In this document: one piece after another, positions 41,201-53,700 of the stretch
Position numbering within the stretch: the stretch's first letter is position 1
Layout of the letters: each line of letters starts with the position of its first letter
Source: Azolla caroliniana
Taxonomy: Eukaryota; Plantae; Polypodiophyta
Length of the DNA stretch: 64,000 nt
Assembly: GCA_043228905.1 (NCBI GenBank)
Contig: JBHGNT010000012.1
Span: 14,322,001 to 14,386,000 of the forward strand
Direction of reading: 5' to 3'
Program-made: the position numbers and the translations under genes
Notes under the pieces: model-generated
Seen by the model: the letters and a program-made list of their open reading frames with translations, nothing else
Told to the model about the DNA's origin: nothing
The model's database searches: none

Positions 41201-42515
41201 GGGTATGATGCTTGGGCAACAAAAGTACTTGCCTTGGGGGAGGACGCTAGGGTACAAGATTAGGTTGGTACATGATTGGGAGGTCTTAAGCATGAAGAGG
41301 TGGGAGGGCCAGGCTGTTAGTTGTAGGTTTTACTAGAAGACTAGAGAAGGTGACCCAACTAATAGATGAGGTTGTTGATGGATTAGGTAAGTTGAATGCA
41401 GAAGAGGCAATTTGGTCAGGCTAGTTTGTAGGTGAGAGGGTGATGCACAACTTATCCGTGGTAGGTGCTCAACTAACGAGGATTGTTTGTGGGGTAACCT
41501 AAGTTCTTTGACAAATGATGGCAGGTGGTTGGCAGTGTTGGAGGGTAGGAGGTGGCAATTGAACCCAGACCCTAAGACACTTGATCATGATTGTAAAATA
41601 TGGTTTTTCGATAACAAACCCTTATATGATTTGGTGTGGGATCCATTGGAGGTATGGTGGCAAACACCAGGAACAAACAACTTGAAAAAGTTTTTTGAGT
41701 AGAATACCAAGCTAGGAAGATGAATCATTGGATCCAAAACAATGGGTGTTGTAATGATTTGCAATAGTTGGAAGGATAAAGGCATTTCAAACGACGATCT
41801 GAAGTCGTTTTGGAGGAGGCTATGGGCATTGGATATGCCAGAGAAAATTAAGGCTTGGTTGTGACTTCTTAGCCACAAGGCGGTACCGGTAAGCGAGTGG
41901 TTGAGTTCCCGTGGTGGCGAGGTTGTCTGTAAGTTATGTGGACATGCTTTGGAATCCATCTCTCATTGTTTTTGGAATTGTACAAAGGCGATTACCATTT
42001 GGAGTAGAAGCCTTCGAATCATGGCTGCTTGTGGTGTGAAAGGGAACATTGTGTGGGGCTCCATACAAGGACTGTCTCTAAAAGGGGAAAGCTGGGGTGA
42101 ACAATTAAACCCACAAGGACATGGATTTATATTGCAAGGTGGTAGCATGTTCCAATATGATGGGGTGAGACTGAGCACAAATTCTGAATTTTTTGAGGAG
42201 ATTTGGCTTATGGTGGCGTGTTTAACGGTCTGGCAAATATGGATCAGGCGTTGTAAGTTTGTTTTTTAGTAGCAAAAGCTCTCATGCGGGGAGGTGATGT
42301 TAAATATCTGGTTTGAGCTTGTGGCTTGGTTGGGGGGTCGGTATGATTCGATTCAGGGGGAATCAGAAGAAGCTAAAAGGGCAAGGTTAAAGTTCTTGCT
42401 GAAATGGAGTGGTTCTCCCATGATAGTCAAATCTTCGGCAAGGCCTAGGTGGAATTACCAGGCACCTAGGTGGTTGTTTCCACCGATGGCTCCCAATATT
42501 GTACATGGGTTGTAA
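38228..42515 (+). pseudogene. LINE ORF2 (APE endonuclease, RT, zinc finger), disrupted
   Basis: ORF fragments 38135-38755, 38849-39172, 39566-40093, 40284-40742, 40767-41336, 41901-42269 and 42294-42515. Confidence 0.9.
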
Positions 42516-42552
42516 TTATGTATGCATAACTGAAGCAAAAGTGGGTTAGTAT

Positions 42553-43030
42553 TGTTACGGGCATGACCATATAATATCCCGTGGTGAGAATTTACCGTAG
42601 TATTCTATACACATGGATAAGTGTGAGGGTTAAACGAGAGTGTAAAGAAGGGGAGGATTACTTTTAAATCCTCGGGATTGAGACAACCCATTAGGCCAAG
42701 TGTGAACATGGTTGGGGGCCTTGGGTATCACTATAAATAGAGGCCTAGCTACCCTCATTTGATCATCTTGTTGACTACGTCGAGACTCTGTCTTGTGGTG
42801 GGTCAACTCTTGTAGCGAGCGCGCCAACACCAGGTACGACTCGACGCCACAGCGATGGTATGGGACGCCGATCGAGGCTCGAGTCCGTCTCGATCCCTTC
42901 GCTCGGGGGTGGTCAGGTGGATCGGCACCCTTCTTTCTCTCTCTCCTTTCTTTCTATCTACCTAGATCTATCCTTATCTAATGCTTACTTTAGTACATGT
43001 CTCTAATAAGTATAGTCATGTTACCCGATA
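42553..43030 (+). mobile_element. Putative solo-LTR-like insertion in the LINE 3' UTR
   Basis: Starts TGTTAC; CTATAAATAG TATA box near 42731; GC-rich segment then CT-rich tract; imperfect inverted ends; TSD not resolved. Confidence 0.4.
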
Positions 43031-43861
43031 ATGTTGCTAGAAAAGAGTTAGTTGGGAGATGTAGAGTCGAGGTAAAATGGGGTTTATTTGAGTTTTGTTG
43101 GAGTTAAGGGTCGGGTCAGTTTTTGCTATTTTTATTTGATAGTTTTGGAGTTGTTCCTCCAAGTTGTATAGTTGATCCCATTGTGGTTTCGAGTAAACTT
43201 TGTTGTTCTATTTGCTAACTAATGCGAAGTAGTGTTTTTTTGGAAAAAAAAAAATTGCACCATCTTCCAATGGAGAACAATTGCCATAAGCATCAAAGAA
43301 GATAATAGAATGTAATTAATAGGAAATGATCGTACATGCTAGAGTGATTGCCCACTTTCAGCAAATTCATCAAATACAATTATCTCACTCTAAAAAATAT
43401 GTACGTTTATTAAACGACAATATTCACATCTTTATTTTTTACTCGAGAACACAATTCATTTCAAGGGTAACCACATGATTGTTCATGTGGTTTACTTCAA
43501 TCAAAATAATCCCATTCTTATTTACCTGAGAAAATGATTCAAAATAATCATATGGCTAATTTTTTGAATCACCATGTGACAAGACATGATTGTGCCTCAA
43601 GGGACTTACTTTTGGAAAAATAACATGTTAGATAATAATAATAATTTGGATGATGTGTGGATTGATCATTTATAATAGCTAAGGGTTTCATATCAATATT
43701 GGTTTCATACACCTCATGGGTAATGGATATGTAAATATTTTTGTAGCTAATGTATGTTTCAAAACATATGTGAGTGACTTATTAAGAAAAAATAAATGTT
43801 GACACAACTTATTAAGAAAAAAAACATGTCAAGACTCAATACCCCTCTCTTTGTAGAAGAC

Positions 43862-44108
43862 TACCGATTTGCCCCTATGTTGTTTTAATTACCAATATAC
43901 CCTTCCTTTTTAATTAGCTCAATTAACACTATTAATTAGATTGTCAATGTTCAATATTGCGAGCTATTGCAACATTAACATTAGTAATCTAGATTCTAAT
44001 CGCCAATATCAAATTTGAATGAATTAGAAAGTAGTTATATTTTTGGTATTTTGAAAAAACATTAGGTCCATTGTGGTTCATTAAGACAACATAAGGGTAT
44101 TATGGTAA
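43862..44108. mobile_element. Possible Mutator-like MITE remnant
   Basis: Imperfect ~28-bp inverted repeats (TACCGATTTGCCCCTATGTTGTTTTAAT vs ATTAAGACAACATAAGGGTATTATGGTA); no TSD seen. Confidence 0.35.
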
Positions 44109-44848
44109 TGTAAGTTTGTTTGTGTTGCTTTAAACGCTCTTCATTGTGGTGAGCTCCGATTTAATACAACATGGCAGACATTGTTGATGCAATTCACTCA
44201 AAGGCAATAAAGTACTGGAAGTTTGTGGGTGCATACACAGAAATGCATGCATGAAGTCACATTTAACGATGGTATGAATAACTAATAAAAAAAAGAATGC
44301 ACATGCTTGTTAGTGGCAATCTTACATATTCTTGAAGTTAGAGATGTATGTGCACAAGACAACTACTAGACCAAATTTTCACATAATGGATTCCAAGTAG
44401 ACCAATGCAGTGCATGGACACAAATTCAATTAATGAATGAAGTGTGGACATAATTTTGTGGAAGAAAGACAGTTTGAATGGGAGGATATCAACCTTATTT
44501 GGCTAATGCAAAATCCAATTGTGTGTTGTTTAGCCTCTAGCTTTATAAATTTCAAAGGGCACGAAAAAGAGTTTATCCAATGGGAAGGATTAGATTTTAG
44601 AAAGACATACATAACCATATCACTAACGGAAGAAAAATAGTTTTTTGGCCACTAAAACTATCAATTTGACATTGATAAGAACACCATCTTTACTTCGAAC
44701 AAATTTTTAAGTTGACGGAAGAGAAAATATGCATTTTAAAGCCACTTATGATACATAATTGGTAGCAACCTTTTTGTTTTAATGAAGCTTCGTATTTTAG
44801 CGCATCAAGGTTTGTCACATTTTGAGCATCAAGTAAAACAATTGGATA

Positions 44849-45759
44849 CAATAGACATTCGATTAAGTGCGCACTTTGAACGCAAAGGAAGGAGTGCGCA
44901 CTTAACCGATCTACGCACTCAAGGGTTTTCTAAAACATTTTAGGTTTTTTGGGAAACTTTTAGGGTTTCCTGAATTATATTTCCTTTTGTGCTCTAATCA
45001 TACAATTCTTGATAAGAAAAGTGCTCAATTTACGTGATATAATTGACCTGAAATGTTTCTGGTTTAAGCATACATACTCTTCAGTTTCTTTCTCGATTCT
45101 AGACTACCTTTAGTTTTCACCTTTTTACTACGTTTGAGGAATACATCCATTATGCAACAAAACTAATGAACTTTCTTGGTTGCGATGAGTTTTTTTCTTG
45201 CATTTTCTTCCTAGTGGTGGCAGGTTTGAGGAATCGAAATGCTGATGGAGGAGATAGGAAAAGAGAGTGGGGGAGCAATAGACAAATCACAGGCTGCAAC
45301 TTTTGTCATCTTTGAGAATAAACAAGATGCACAAAAAGAGAGGGGCTTTCTTCATGCAGGAAAAGAGCATGCACGCACATGGCACATGCACACATAGAAA
45401 CAGAAGGACAATAGACGGAAGTTTTGTTGCACATGGAGAAGGAGAGCTCGCGTGCACGGTTGATCGCTGCAAAAACTTGACTATTCACAATCATCAAGAT
45501 TTGTTTACCCTTCTTTGCTTATGTTCTTTAATCAAGAATCAAAATCACAGACTCGTAACCATGCGCGCGCACACACACACACACATAAACTCCTTTTGTT
45601 GTTTCTGAATGTTTGGAACATAGTTTCAATTTGGTTTAATGTAATTTCGTCATTAAACAATGTAAATTTTTTCATCTGGATTTTGACATCTATAAAAAAA
45701 AACGCACTTAATAGAAATGGTGCACTTAAGTGGGCACACACTTAACCGAATGTCTACTA
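44849..45759. mobile_element. Non-autonomous Tc1/mariner (pogo-like) element
   Basis: TIRs CAaTAGACATTCGaTTAAGTG / CACTTAAcCGAATGTCTACTa flanked by TA on both sides; subterminal GCACTTAA repeats. Confidence 0.7.
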
Positions 45760-47625
45760 TACCTCTAAAAAAGGGGTATGTGATAAGAAGAATTTCATTG
45801 TACGAAAAACGGAGAGTGCGAAGGCTTGTTTGATGCTTGATAAGACATTTTCAAGGTAAATTCCTACTTGCAAGAGTAGACTCTACACGAAATATTTTGA
45901 AATCATTACATGAGATTTTAGTCAAGGAAAACAAAGTAAAATATCACAACATTCGCCACAACGACCTTCACATAGAATGCTAGATTAATATACATGAGAT
46001 GGATTTTGAATATATGTTTTTGGAAAACGTTTGGTGGAGCAAGAAAGCCCTGAGACTTGAACCCACATCATAGACAAGCTCAAGAACACATGTTCCCAAC
46101 AAATGGTTCGTGGAGCTCGATATCTCTCACAAACTCGCTTTTATGTGATTAGTGCCATTGCAATGCAATCAACCGACTAAGACAATCAAGCAAGGGTTCA
46201 TTTGATTACTTATTGGCAAATAAAACACTACTTTAATCCTCAATATTTTGTCATCTAGGTTGTATGCAAATGATCGAATAAAATATATATTCAAATTATT
46301 ACTACACGGATATTTAGACAAAAAAAAGGAAACAGAATTTTGTTCTCAGAATGCCACACGCATTGTTAAACTCATTGTTGAAAGCCATGAAGCAAATGGC
46401 TCAATTAAGTAACATGCTACCCATGAGCAATATTGAAGTAATTAATTAATAACCGTCAATTGAGAAACCACGCTCCCCTAATGTCAGAAATGCACAACCT
46501 CAAGTAATCCTTTTGCTAATTACTAATGACCTTAGTGCACATGAATTAATTAATAAGCTTAATTTAATGAGAAAGTCTAGCTTTTTCGAGAGAAGAAAAA
46601 AGAGTGCTTACACTAGTAGCATTTCATTTCCCCTCAAAAATAATAAAAACAAGTATAGAGAAAACCCTAGCATTGCATTCTATAACGACCACGACTTTCC
46701 TTTGGAGGAAGCAATAACTATTAAAAGATAAGAGTCATCCCCTATCACTTGGAGTGGAACACCATGATCTGGGCGGAGGAAAATCTTCGTACACAATCAA
46801 ATGGAATATATGTTCATAATCCTTAGGTTTAATCACATTATTTATATGTGACATGCCTTGTCCCACGATAACAAGATCTCTAAATCAATCGTCACATCGT
46901 GCATTGATTTTCATTTGAAAGTGCTCGACTGTTCCTCCTCAAAGTTAGGCACTACTTTTATGATAGTGGTACATATTTGAATGGAAACCAACAATTTATG
47001 TTGGCTTTTGACTATGTAAGGTTGTATCAAATATGGTTGCTTGTTGGGCCAACATCGTATAATGTGAAAGTTATGGATATCTTTGATGTCACACACATGC
47101 ACTTTTGTCTTCCATGTCTGCGTAATCAAAAAATTACAACAAAATGTATGCAACTTTGCGTGACATTTTTAATGGTTGATGTGACAAAGATGGACTCATT
47201 TCTCTTGGGTAGCGTTGCAATGAGTAATTAAGTACATGATACGATTGAAGTATGAGAGAGGGGATATTGTTTGATGGCATGCAAGAAGTGCAACATAGGT
47301 ATGCCGGTTGAAAGGAATATTGATTTGATTTATTTTTTATTATCACAACTAACCTTATGAACGAACACCTTGTCCTCGAAGGAGTAGGGGGGGTTTACCT
47401 TGCTACATGAGCCTAATAAGCCACTCACTACTACTACATGGAGACTTATGAGAGATAGGTAGCTAAATAGATTTTATTATCATCCTCAAAATGTTAGATA
47501 TGACTTATGGAATCAAAAGTGAAACATTTTTATGTAGTCAATGTACATTTTACTAGTAAAAATTGCAATCTAGAGTAGTACGCGTCATGATCGCGAGAGG
47601 AACGAGAGACACTTCGAGCTTGTGT

Positions 47626-47864
47626 TAGGGCAAAATATGCACTTGTCGAAGATGGTTTCGGTAGTTAGTGGCAACATGTATGCAATACAATGCGTGAAAC
47701 TAGAGCCTCGACATCTCTTTCCCGATTCGTGGTACGTTGGGTGTAGGGCAAAATATGCACTTGTCGAAGATGGTTTCGATAGTTAGTGGCAACATATATG
47801 CAATACAATGCGCGAAACTCGAGCCTCATGACATATATATTCCCGATTCGTGGTACGCTGGGTG
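47626..47864. repeat. Two-copy ~118-bp tandem duplication
   Basis: TAGGGCAAAATATGCACTTGTCGAAGATGG...GGGTG occurs twice. Confidence 0.85.
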
Positions 47865-47951
47865 TTGGAAGAAAACCCGATTCACATAGGAATCTCATAT
47901 GAAGAAGCGGATGTGATGTGATGCTATCCCATTTCTGTGTATCTTGCCTAG

Positions 47952-48020
47952 ATGGATGTAGCTCAAGAGGTAAGGTTGCCCAATGGAGAGCAGGAGGTCA
48001 TGGGTTCAACCCCTGCATTC
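47952..48020 (+). mobile_element. tRNA-derived SINE head or tRNA pseudogene
   Basis: A box TAGCTCAAGAGGTAAG and B box GGTTCAACCCC; no convincing anticodon arm. Confidence 0.55.
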
Positions 48021-48925
48021 CTTCATAGTGGCATCTAGTGAATTAAAAGAGATATGTAGATGAAGTAGTATATATGTAAGTAAGTGAGATAATTAGGTTT
48101 CGAACCCAAGACACTTTGGTAGTGCAAAAACTTACCACTACTAGGGTAAGGTACTTACTACTTACGATGAAAAAAAGAGAGAAGGAGTCTTATTTATTTT
48201 TGTTTTGTTGAAAAAAAAGAAGCTTGCTTTTAAGCTTTTACTTTCTACATTCATTCGAACGATAGATACTCCTACAATTGTAGCTAAAATAGATAGATGG
48301 ATAAAATAAATGAATTTATTTAAATGAATGAATAAATAAATATAGTAAATAAAACAAAATAAGAATTTGCCCTCCTTTATTTATTTATTTTTAAAACAGT
48401 GTTACATTACTATTAAATATGTAATTGAATCGAATTTGATTTTATTAATAATAATAATAATTATTATTATAATTTATCAGAGCTAGAAACTAATCCGAAA
48501 CCAGTATGTACATATGTAATTGAATCGAATTTGATTTGATTATTATTATTATTATTATCAGTGCTAAAAACTAATGAGGAACTACCCCCCCCCCCCCCCC
48601 CCCCCCCAAAAAAAAGCAAAAAAAGCAAAAAACTGAAAAGAAACAAACAAATAATAAAGGGAAATTTCTACATACATATTTGTTTTTAATTTTCAATCGA
48701 TTTTTCGGTAGAAATACAGAGAAAATGTTTTTTTTTTTTTTTCCCTTTTTTAATAATTATTTACCAATATTTTGGGCGAATAATACTAATTTTTACATAC
48801 ATACTGATACTGTATACATTACTTCCTGCATTTTTGATTTTGAATTTTCGTTCAAAAATTCTCCATCTCCATCTCCATCTCACACACGCACAGAGATTCA
48901 TACAGACCTTCTCTCTCTTCTGACA

Positions 48926-48964
<39 letters not shown>

Positions 48965-49021
48965 AAGGTCAGAGCTTTAATGGCGTTCTGAAACACAATT
49001 CTTCTCCTTCTTCTGAAATCC

Positions 49022-49067
<46 letters not shown>

Positions 49068-50132
49068 CGGAGGAGAAGAAGTTCAGAGCTTTAATGGCGG
49101 CCATCGCTACTTTACCCCCTCTCCTTTCTCTTTTCCTCTTCTGTTCTGAGAAGTTCACACACTTTGAAATGGCGTTCTGAAGCAACTTCTTCTTTCTTTC
49201 TTTCTTTTTCCTTCCATCCATTCCTCCAGAAACTCCATGGAAAGCTTATCGCTAATCTTTGCGTTATTAACACCATCATCATTCCCTTCTTCTTCTTCTT
49301 CTTCTTCTTCTTCTTCCAAAATCAGAAAACAAAGACAAAGACATTCATGATTGAATGTGCTCGTTTTCTGAGATATTTCCATGGAAGCTTCAATCTCCTA
49401 CACAGATGCCGAGCTTTAATGGCTTTTCTTAATCTCTCCTCAATACAAAACCCTCCTCCTCCTTCTACTACTGTTATGATTTGTTCTTCAACATGGATGT
49501 GGCCGGTCAAGCAAAAGTATTATTAGACAATTAGAAAGACAAAAACAGAAATCTCTATTGTGCCTAGGCGCAGGTTACCTTAAGAATTTATGCAGCTCTG
49601 AGCTTCCATAACTATTCCCACAAGACTGAAATGCGTATGCGTAATTTCTCCAGAGAACGAAGGAGATCCTATGTATAAGAAAACTTCGCCATTTTAACCC
49701 ACATTTCAAACATGTAAACGGGAAATCTTCTCTCTTTTTAAAAAAAAAATTCATTCAAACCTTATTTTTCGCTCAGTTTTAATCGTTTTATCTTTTGTTT
49801 GGATTCTTCTACAGGTCTCAGTGTGCATGTTCATCATCCACGTCGCCCAACTTCCCTGATTCTTTCTCATGGCTTCCAAAAGATCGCCAGACAGAGCTTC
49901 AATCGATCTGGAAGGTAGTGAGCAAGATGAAAACCAAGATTCAATCTCACCCATTATAACATATCATCATGTCTGAGAATCATTTGAACGAGGCTATTCA
50001 TCGATTTAGTAGGATTGTCACGATTAGAAATGAGTGAGAATGAGTTCTATGGACATAGATTTTATCATTAGCTCGATCGTTCAACATTACGATATGATAT
50101 GAGAATACTGTTATCGATTGTTTATTTGTAGT

Positions 50133-50496
50133 AGGATTGTTGAAAGAGTAAGGTTTGAGAATCCCATTGACAGGGTCCATTATTAGCAGGATTTTGAAAG
50201 AGAGAGATTAACAATTCGGGAATCCCATTGACAGGGTCCATTATTAGCAGGGTTTTGAAAGGGAGAGATTAACAATTCGGGAATCCCATTGACAGGGTCC
50301 ATTATTAGCAGGATCTTGAAAGAGAGAGATTAACAATTCGGGAATCCCATTGACAAGATTATTACTGAGTAAGATTGTTGAAAGAGTAAGGTTTGAGAAT
50401 CCCATTGACAGGGTCCATTATTAGCAGGGTTTTGAAAGAGAGAGATTAACAATTCGGGAATCCCATTGACAAGATTATTACTGAGTAGGATTGTTA
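50133..50496. repeat. ~61-bp minisatellite upstream of the CHUP1-like CDS
   Basis: Six GAATCCCATTGACA-containing units in two variant types. Confidence 0.9.
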
Positions 50497-50737
50497 GAGA
50501 GTGATGGATGATTGGGAAATCCTTGTTGGCAAGGTATTGCAGAACGCCATTTCGGATAGTTATTACATGTAGAGGGAAAACTCCAGAGCGCTTCATTTAT
50601 GACATAATTGAACCAATGAGCGTTTGTAATGGAATAGATTCCCATTCTCATGTGCGATATGTATATATTTTGTGGTTTTTAACTCAAACCAGGAAATCGG
50701 TGAAGATAAACTGAAGAAGATTGGTGAGTTCTCACAC

Positions 50738-53700
50738 ATGGTATCGAGTGCTATGAATGTGATCTACAGAAAGGTAGCTTAATTCTTTCCCTTTTTAATC
50801 CTTGTCTGCTTAATTTTTTGTTGTGTGTGTAAAATAACTAGGGCTTATAAATGCATCAGGTTTTGGAGGATTGCCATTGTCAAAAGCTAGAATTAGAAGA
50901 GAAGGTAGCCCAGACCGAGACTCAATTAAAAGAGCTTCTAGGACTTGGTTATTTGCAGGTGAATTTGTTGATTAAAAACAAAGATAATGCTTCAATTCTA
51001 ATGCAACCACAACCTTTTGTTCCATTCGATTCTTCTCCTTTCCTCTTTTGGCTATTATGATCACATTCAAATTCATCATCTGAACTTTGCTTCACTGAAA
51101 AAAAACTAGATTGTCGCACCGAAAGAGCTACCTTTACGAGCCAGATTCAACATAAATGTTTCTCGATTGAGAGATCTGGAGAGTATTTGCGTGGATGGAT
51201 ATAGTTTGGTAGGAGGGTCTAGGGTATTGTTGGTGAAGCTACGGCAACAAATCTTAGTGCTAAGGGCGATGCTAAACCTTCCTGGTTGCAATAGTGTAGA
51301 TCTTGAAGAGGTAAATCTCCATATCACCAACTAGATCATATGTATTTGACATACCATTTTGTGGTTTGAATGGGTGAATGTCTTCCTTCTAAGCAAATCC
51401 ATCAATGCAATGCCTTTGCAGGTTCTTGTCAGTTCAATCGAAGGGCTTAGCAATCTTTCTTCAGGAAAAGTGGCACCCATTCAACCTATAATTGGCCTGC
51501 CAATGGTTGAAGAAAGACCCATATTTCAAGTAGGAAGCTGCCTTCCCTTGTTTGATAACTCACTGTTAATTTTTTCATCTATTCTTATATTCACAACTTC
51601 CATTGCTATTCCATTCCTCAATGCTTAATTTGGAACTTTCACCCTTTCCCCCCCCATCCACTCACAAAACAGCTCTATCAATCTATGTCATAGTATATAC
51701 TTCAGCTGGTGGTGATATTATTTATGGTCAGTTCCTCACCTTTCATCATCTTTCAATATGTTTCCATCCATATACAGCGTTTGCACCAATTCTATGAAAT
51801 ACTTCGCGCAATGGAGAAGGGTTTGATAGACCATTTTGGTACTAAGGTGGGCTTCCAAGTAAATGATTTGGCTTTGAAAACATATCTATATCTATATCTA
51901 TATCTATCTATCTATATATGTATATACAACATGTGCGTGTGGGCATATATCATGCATTATGTTCTCTAATGCTGTTCGCAGGATGTAGAGATATCTAACA
52001 AAGTCTCGGGATCGAATGATTGCCAACAACGTTCCCAAGGTAGTAACAGGAATTTGGAAGGAATTTGCTATGAATAAATAAGATGACAAATCGTGACCTC
52101 AAATTTGTGTAAGACCTTTTTTTCGGTCTTATGATCCTTCTGGAAATTCGATGTTTTGCAGAGTTGGGGAAGAAGAACAACAATGTAGGTGCAAGGAAAA
52201 GAAGTTTTGATGCACTGTCTGGAGAAGATTATGATGAATCACCGCCCTCCAAGAGCTCTCTTAGCTATAGCTCTAGGCGATCTAACAAGAATACTGGAGT
52301 TAGCAGCAGTAACGTGAAAGTTTATGCACATGAGGCAGCTGTGTTGGAGCAATTCAGTAAGTACATATTATCTAGTCCACAGAGCCAAAAAACATTGATT
52401 CTAAACTTTGGAATGACTTCCCAAAAACTCTTGATTTTCTTTTCTCTTTATTTCCTCAATTGGATTATATATTGCCCAAATCGTCCATTTTATCTCACAT
52501 CTGGTGTTCGGCGGGCCAAAAATTCAGGGAGACACTTGAAAGTTTTTTTTCCCCGTTTGCATTAATCCAAAGCTGCGAATTCATGTGTTTAAATATTGGT
52601 ATTTTCCACTTGATTCTCAGGCCATAAAGTCTTGATAAAGTTGGAGGAATTCAACAAGAAAGTAGAAGGATCACTAACTCAATCAGTTGTAGACGCCTCC
52701 TCCATGTTTTGCTTTCAGAATAGAGATTCTCCTCCATGTTCAGCGAAGGCCATTGGCAAAAAACCCTTGGAGGACCGAAACGTTGAAACACCGACCTCTG
52801 TCTTATCCATTAAAGGTGTGGAAACTCCAGATAGCAGTATTAGCTCATCAAATGCTCAAGGAGAGACAGACGACGATCACCATTGTCGCTATGCAGATGA
52901 TTTGAGCTTGTCAGAAGCTCGGAATTGTTCTTTAGAATCGAGTAATGTTAAGGTAGATAAACTGTCCGAGTTGTTATCTCATAGTAGTAACAAACAAGAA
53001 TCAACCCATCAGTTAGAGGTGCAAATCAACGACGGGCGTGAAGATAAACTTAAACCAGAGGGTTCAAATCATAGCAGTTATGCGAAGACATTGAATCGGC
53101 CATCGGATTCATTATCTTACAGTTACAAACATGAAACAACCAGCAAAACACAGATGCAAAGTACTAAATCTTCTTCTTTTTCATCTGGTGTTGGGGGAAG
53201 ATGGCCATTGTTACCAATAATGAACAACAATATAGCCATTACTAATTCCACTCCAGTAGCTCCATCTAGGATAGGCACAACAATAAATCCATCCCCACAA
53301 CAATTAACCAAAATTCATTCATCTCAATCTTTAACTATGGGTTTACCATCACCATCACCAGTATCTACCTCCACTCCAAAAAAAACACCACCTCCACCAC
53401 CACCACCACCACCACCACCACCTCCTCAACCATTAACAAACCCTTCTTCATCACAAAAAACACCCTTGATTTCACCAATACCGCCATCACAAAAAACACC
53501 CATGGTTTTACCAATAGGGATACCTCCTCCACCTCCACCTCCACCTCCACCACCTTGTAGTACCACTAGTAGTGGAGTCAAAAAACCACAGCCTAGTAAG
53601 CTAGCTAAGCTAAAGAGATCGACAACTATCAGCAAATTGTATATAGGGATGAAGAAGAAGGTGGAGGGAGCAGTGTGTGTCCAATCATCATCATCATCTG

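Larger units (their letters stand above)
28151..43252 (+). mobile_element. L1-type LINE, full length, degenerate, with nested insertions
   Basis: 16-bp TSD AATT(A/G)CACCATCTTCC at 28135-28150 and 43253-43268; A-run 43244-43254; ORF1 with CFYCKKKGHIAKEC knuckle; ORF2 with endonuclease (LTWNIQG, NVYAPN, GDFN, SDH), RT (WRAITLLN, DFEKAYD, YVDD) and a C-terminal CxxC..H zinc motif. Confidence 0.9.

Noticed and set aside
47952-48020. Functional tRNA gene
   Set aside because: Anticodon arm and acceptor stem pair poorly; treated as a SINE or pseudogene. The same applies to the LTR cassettes.
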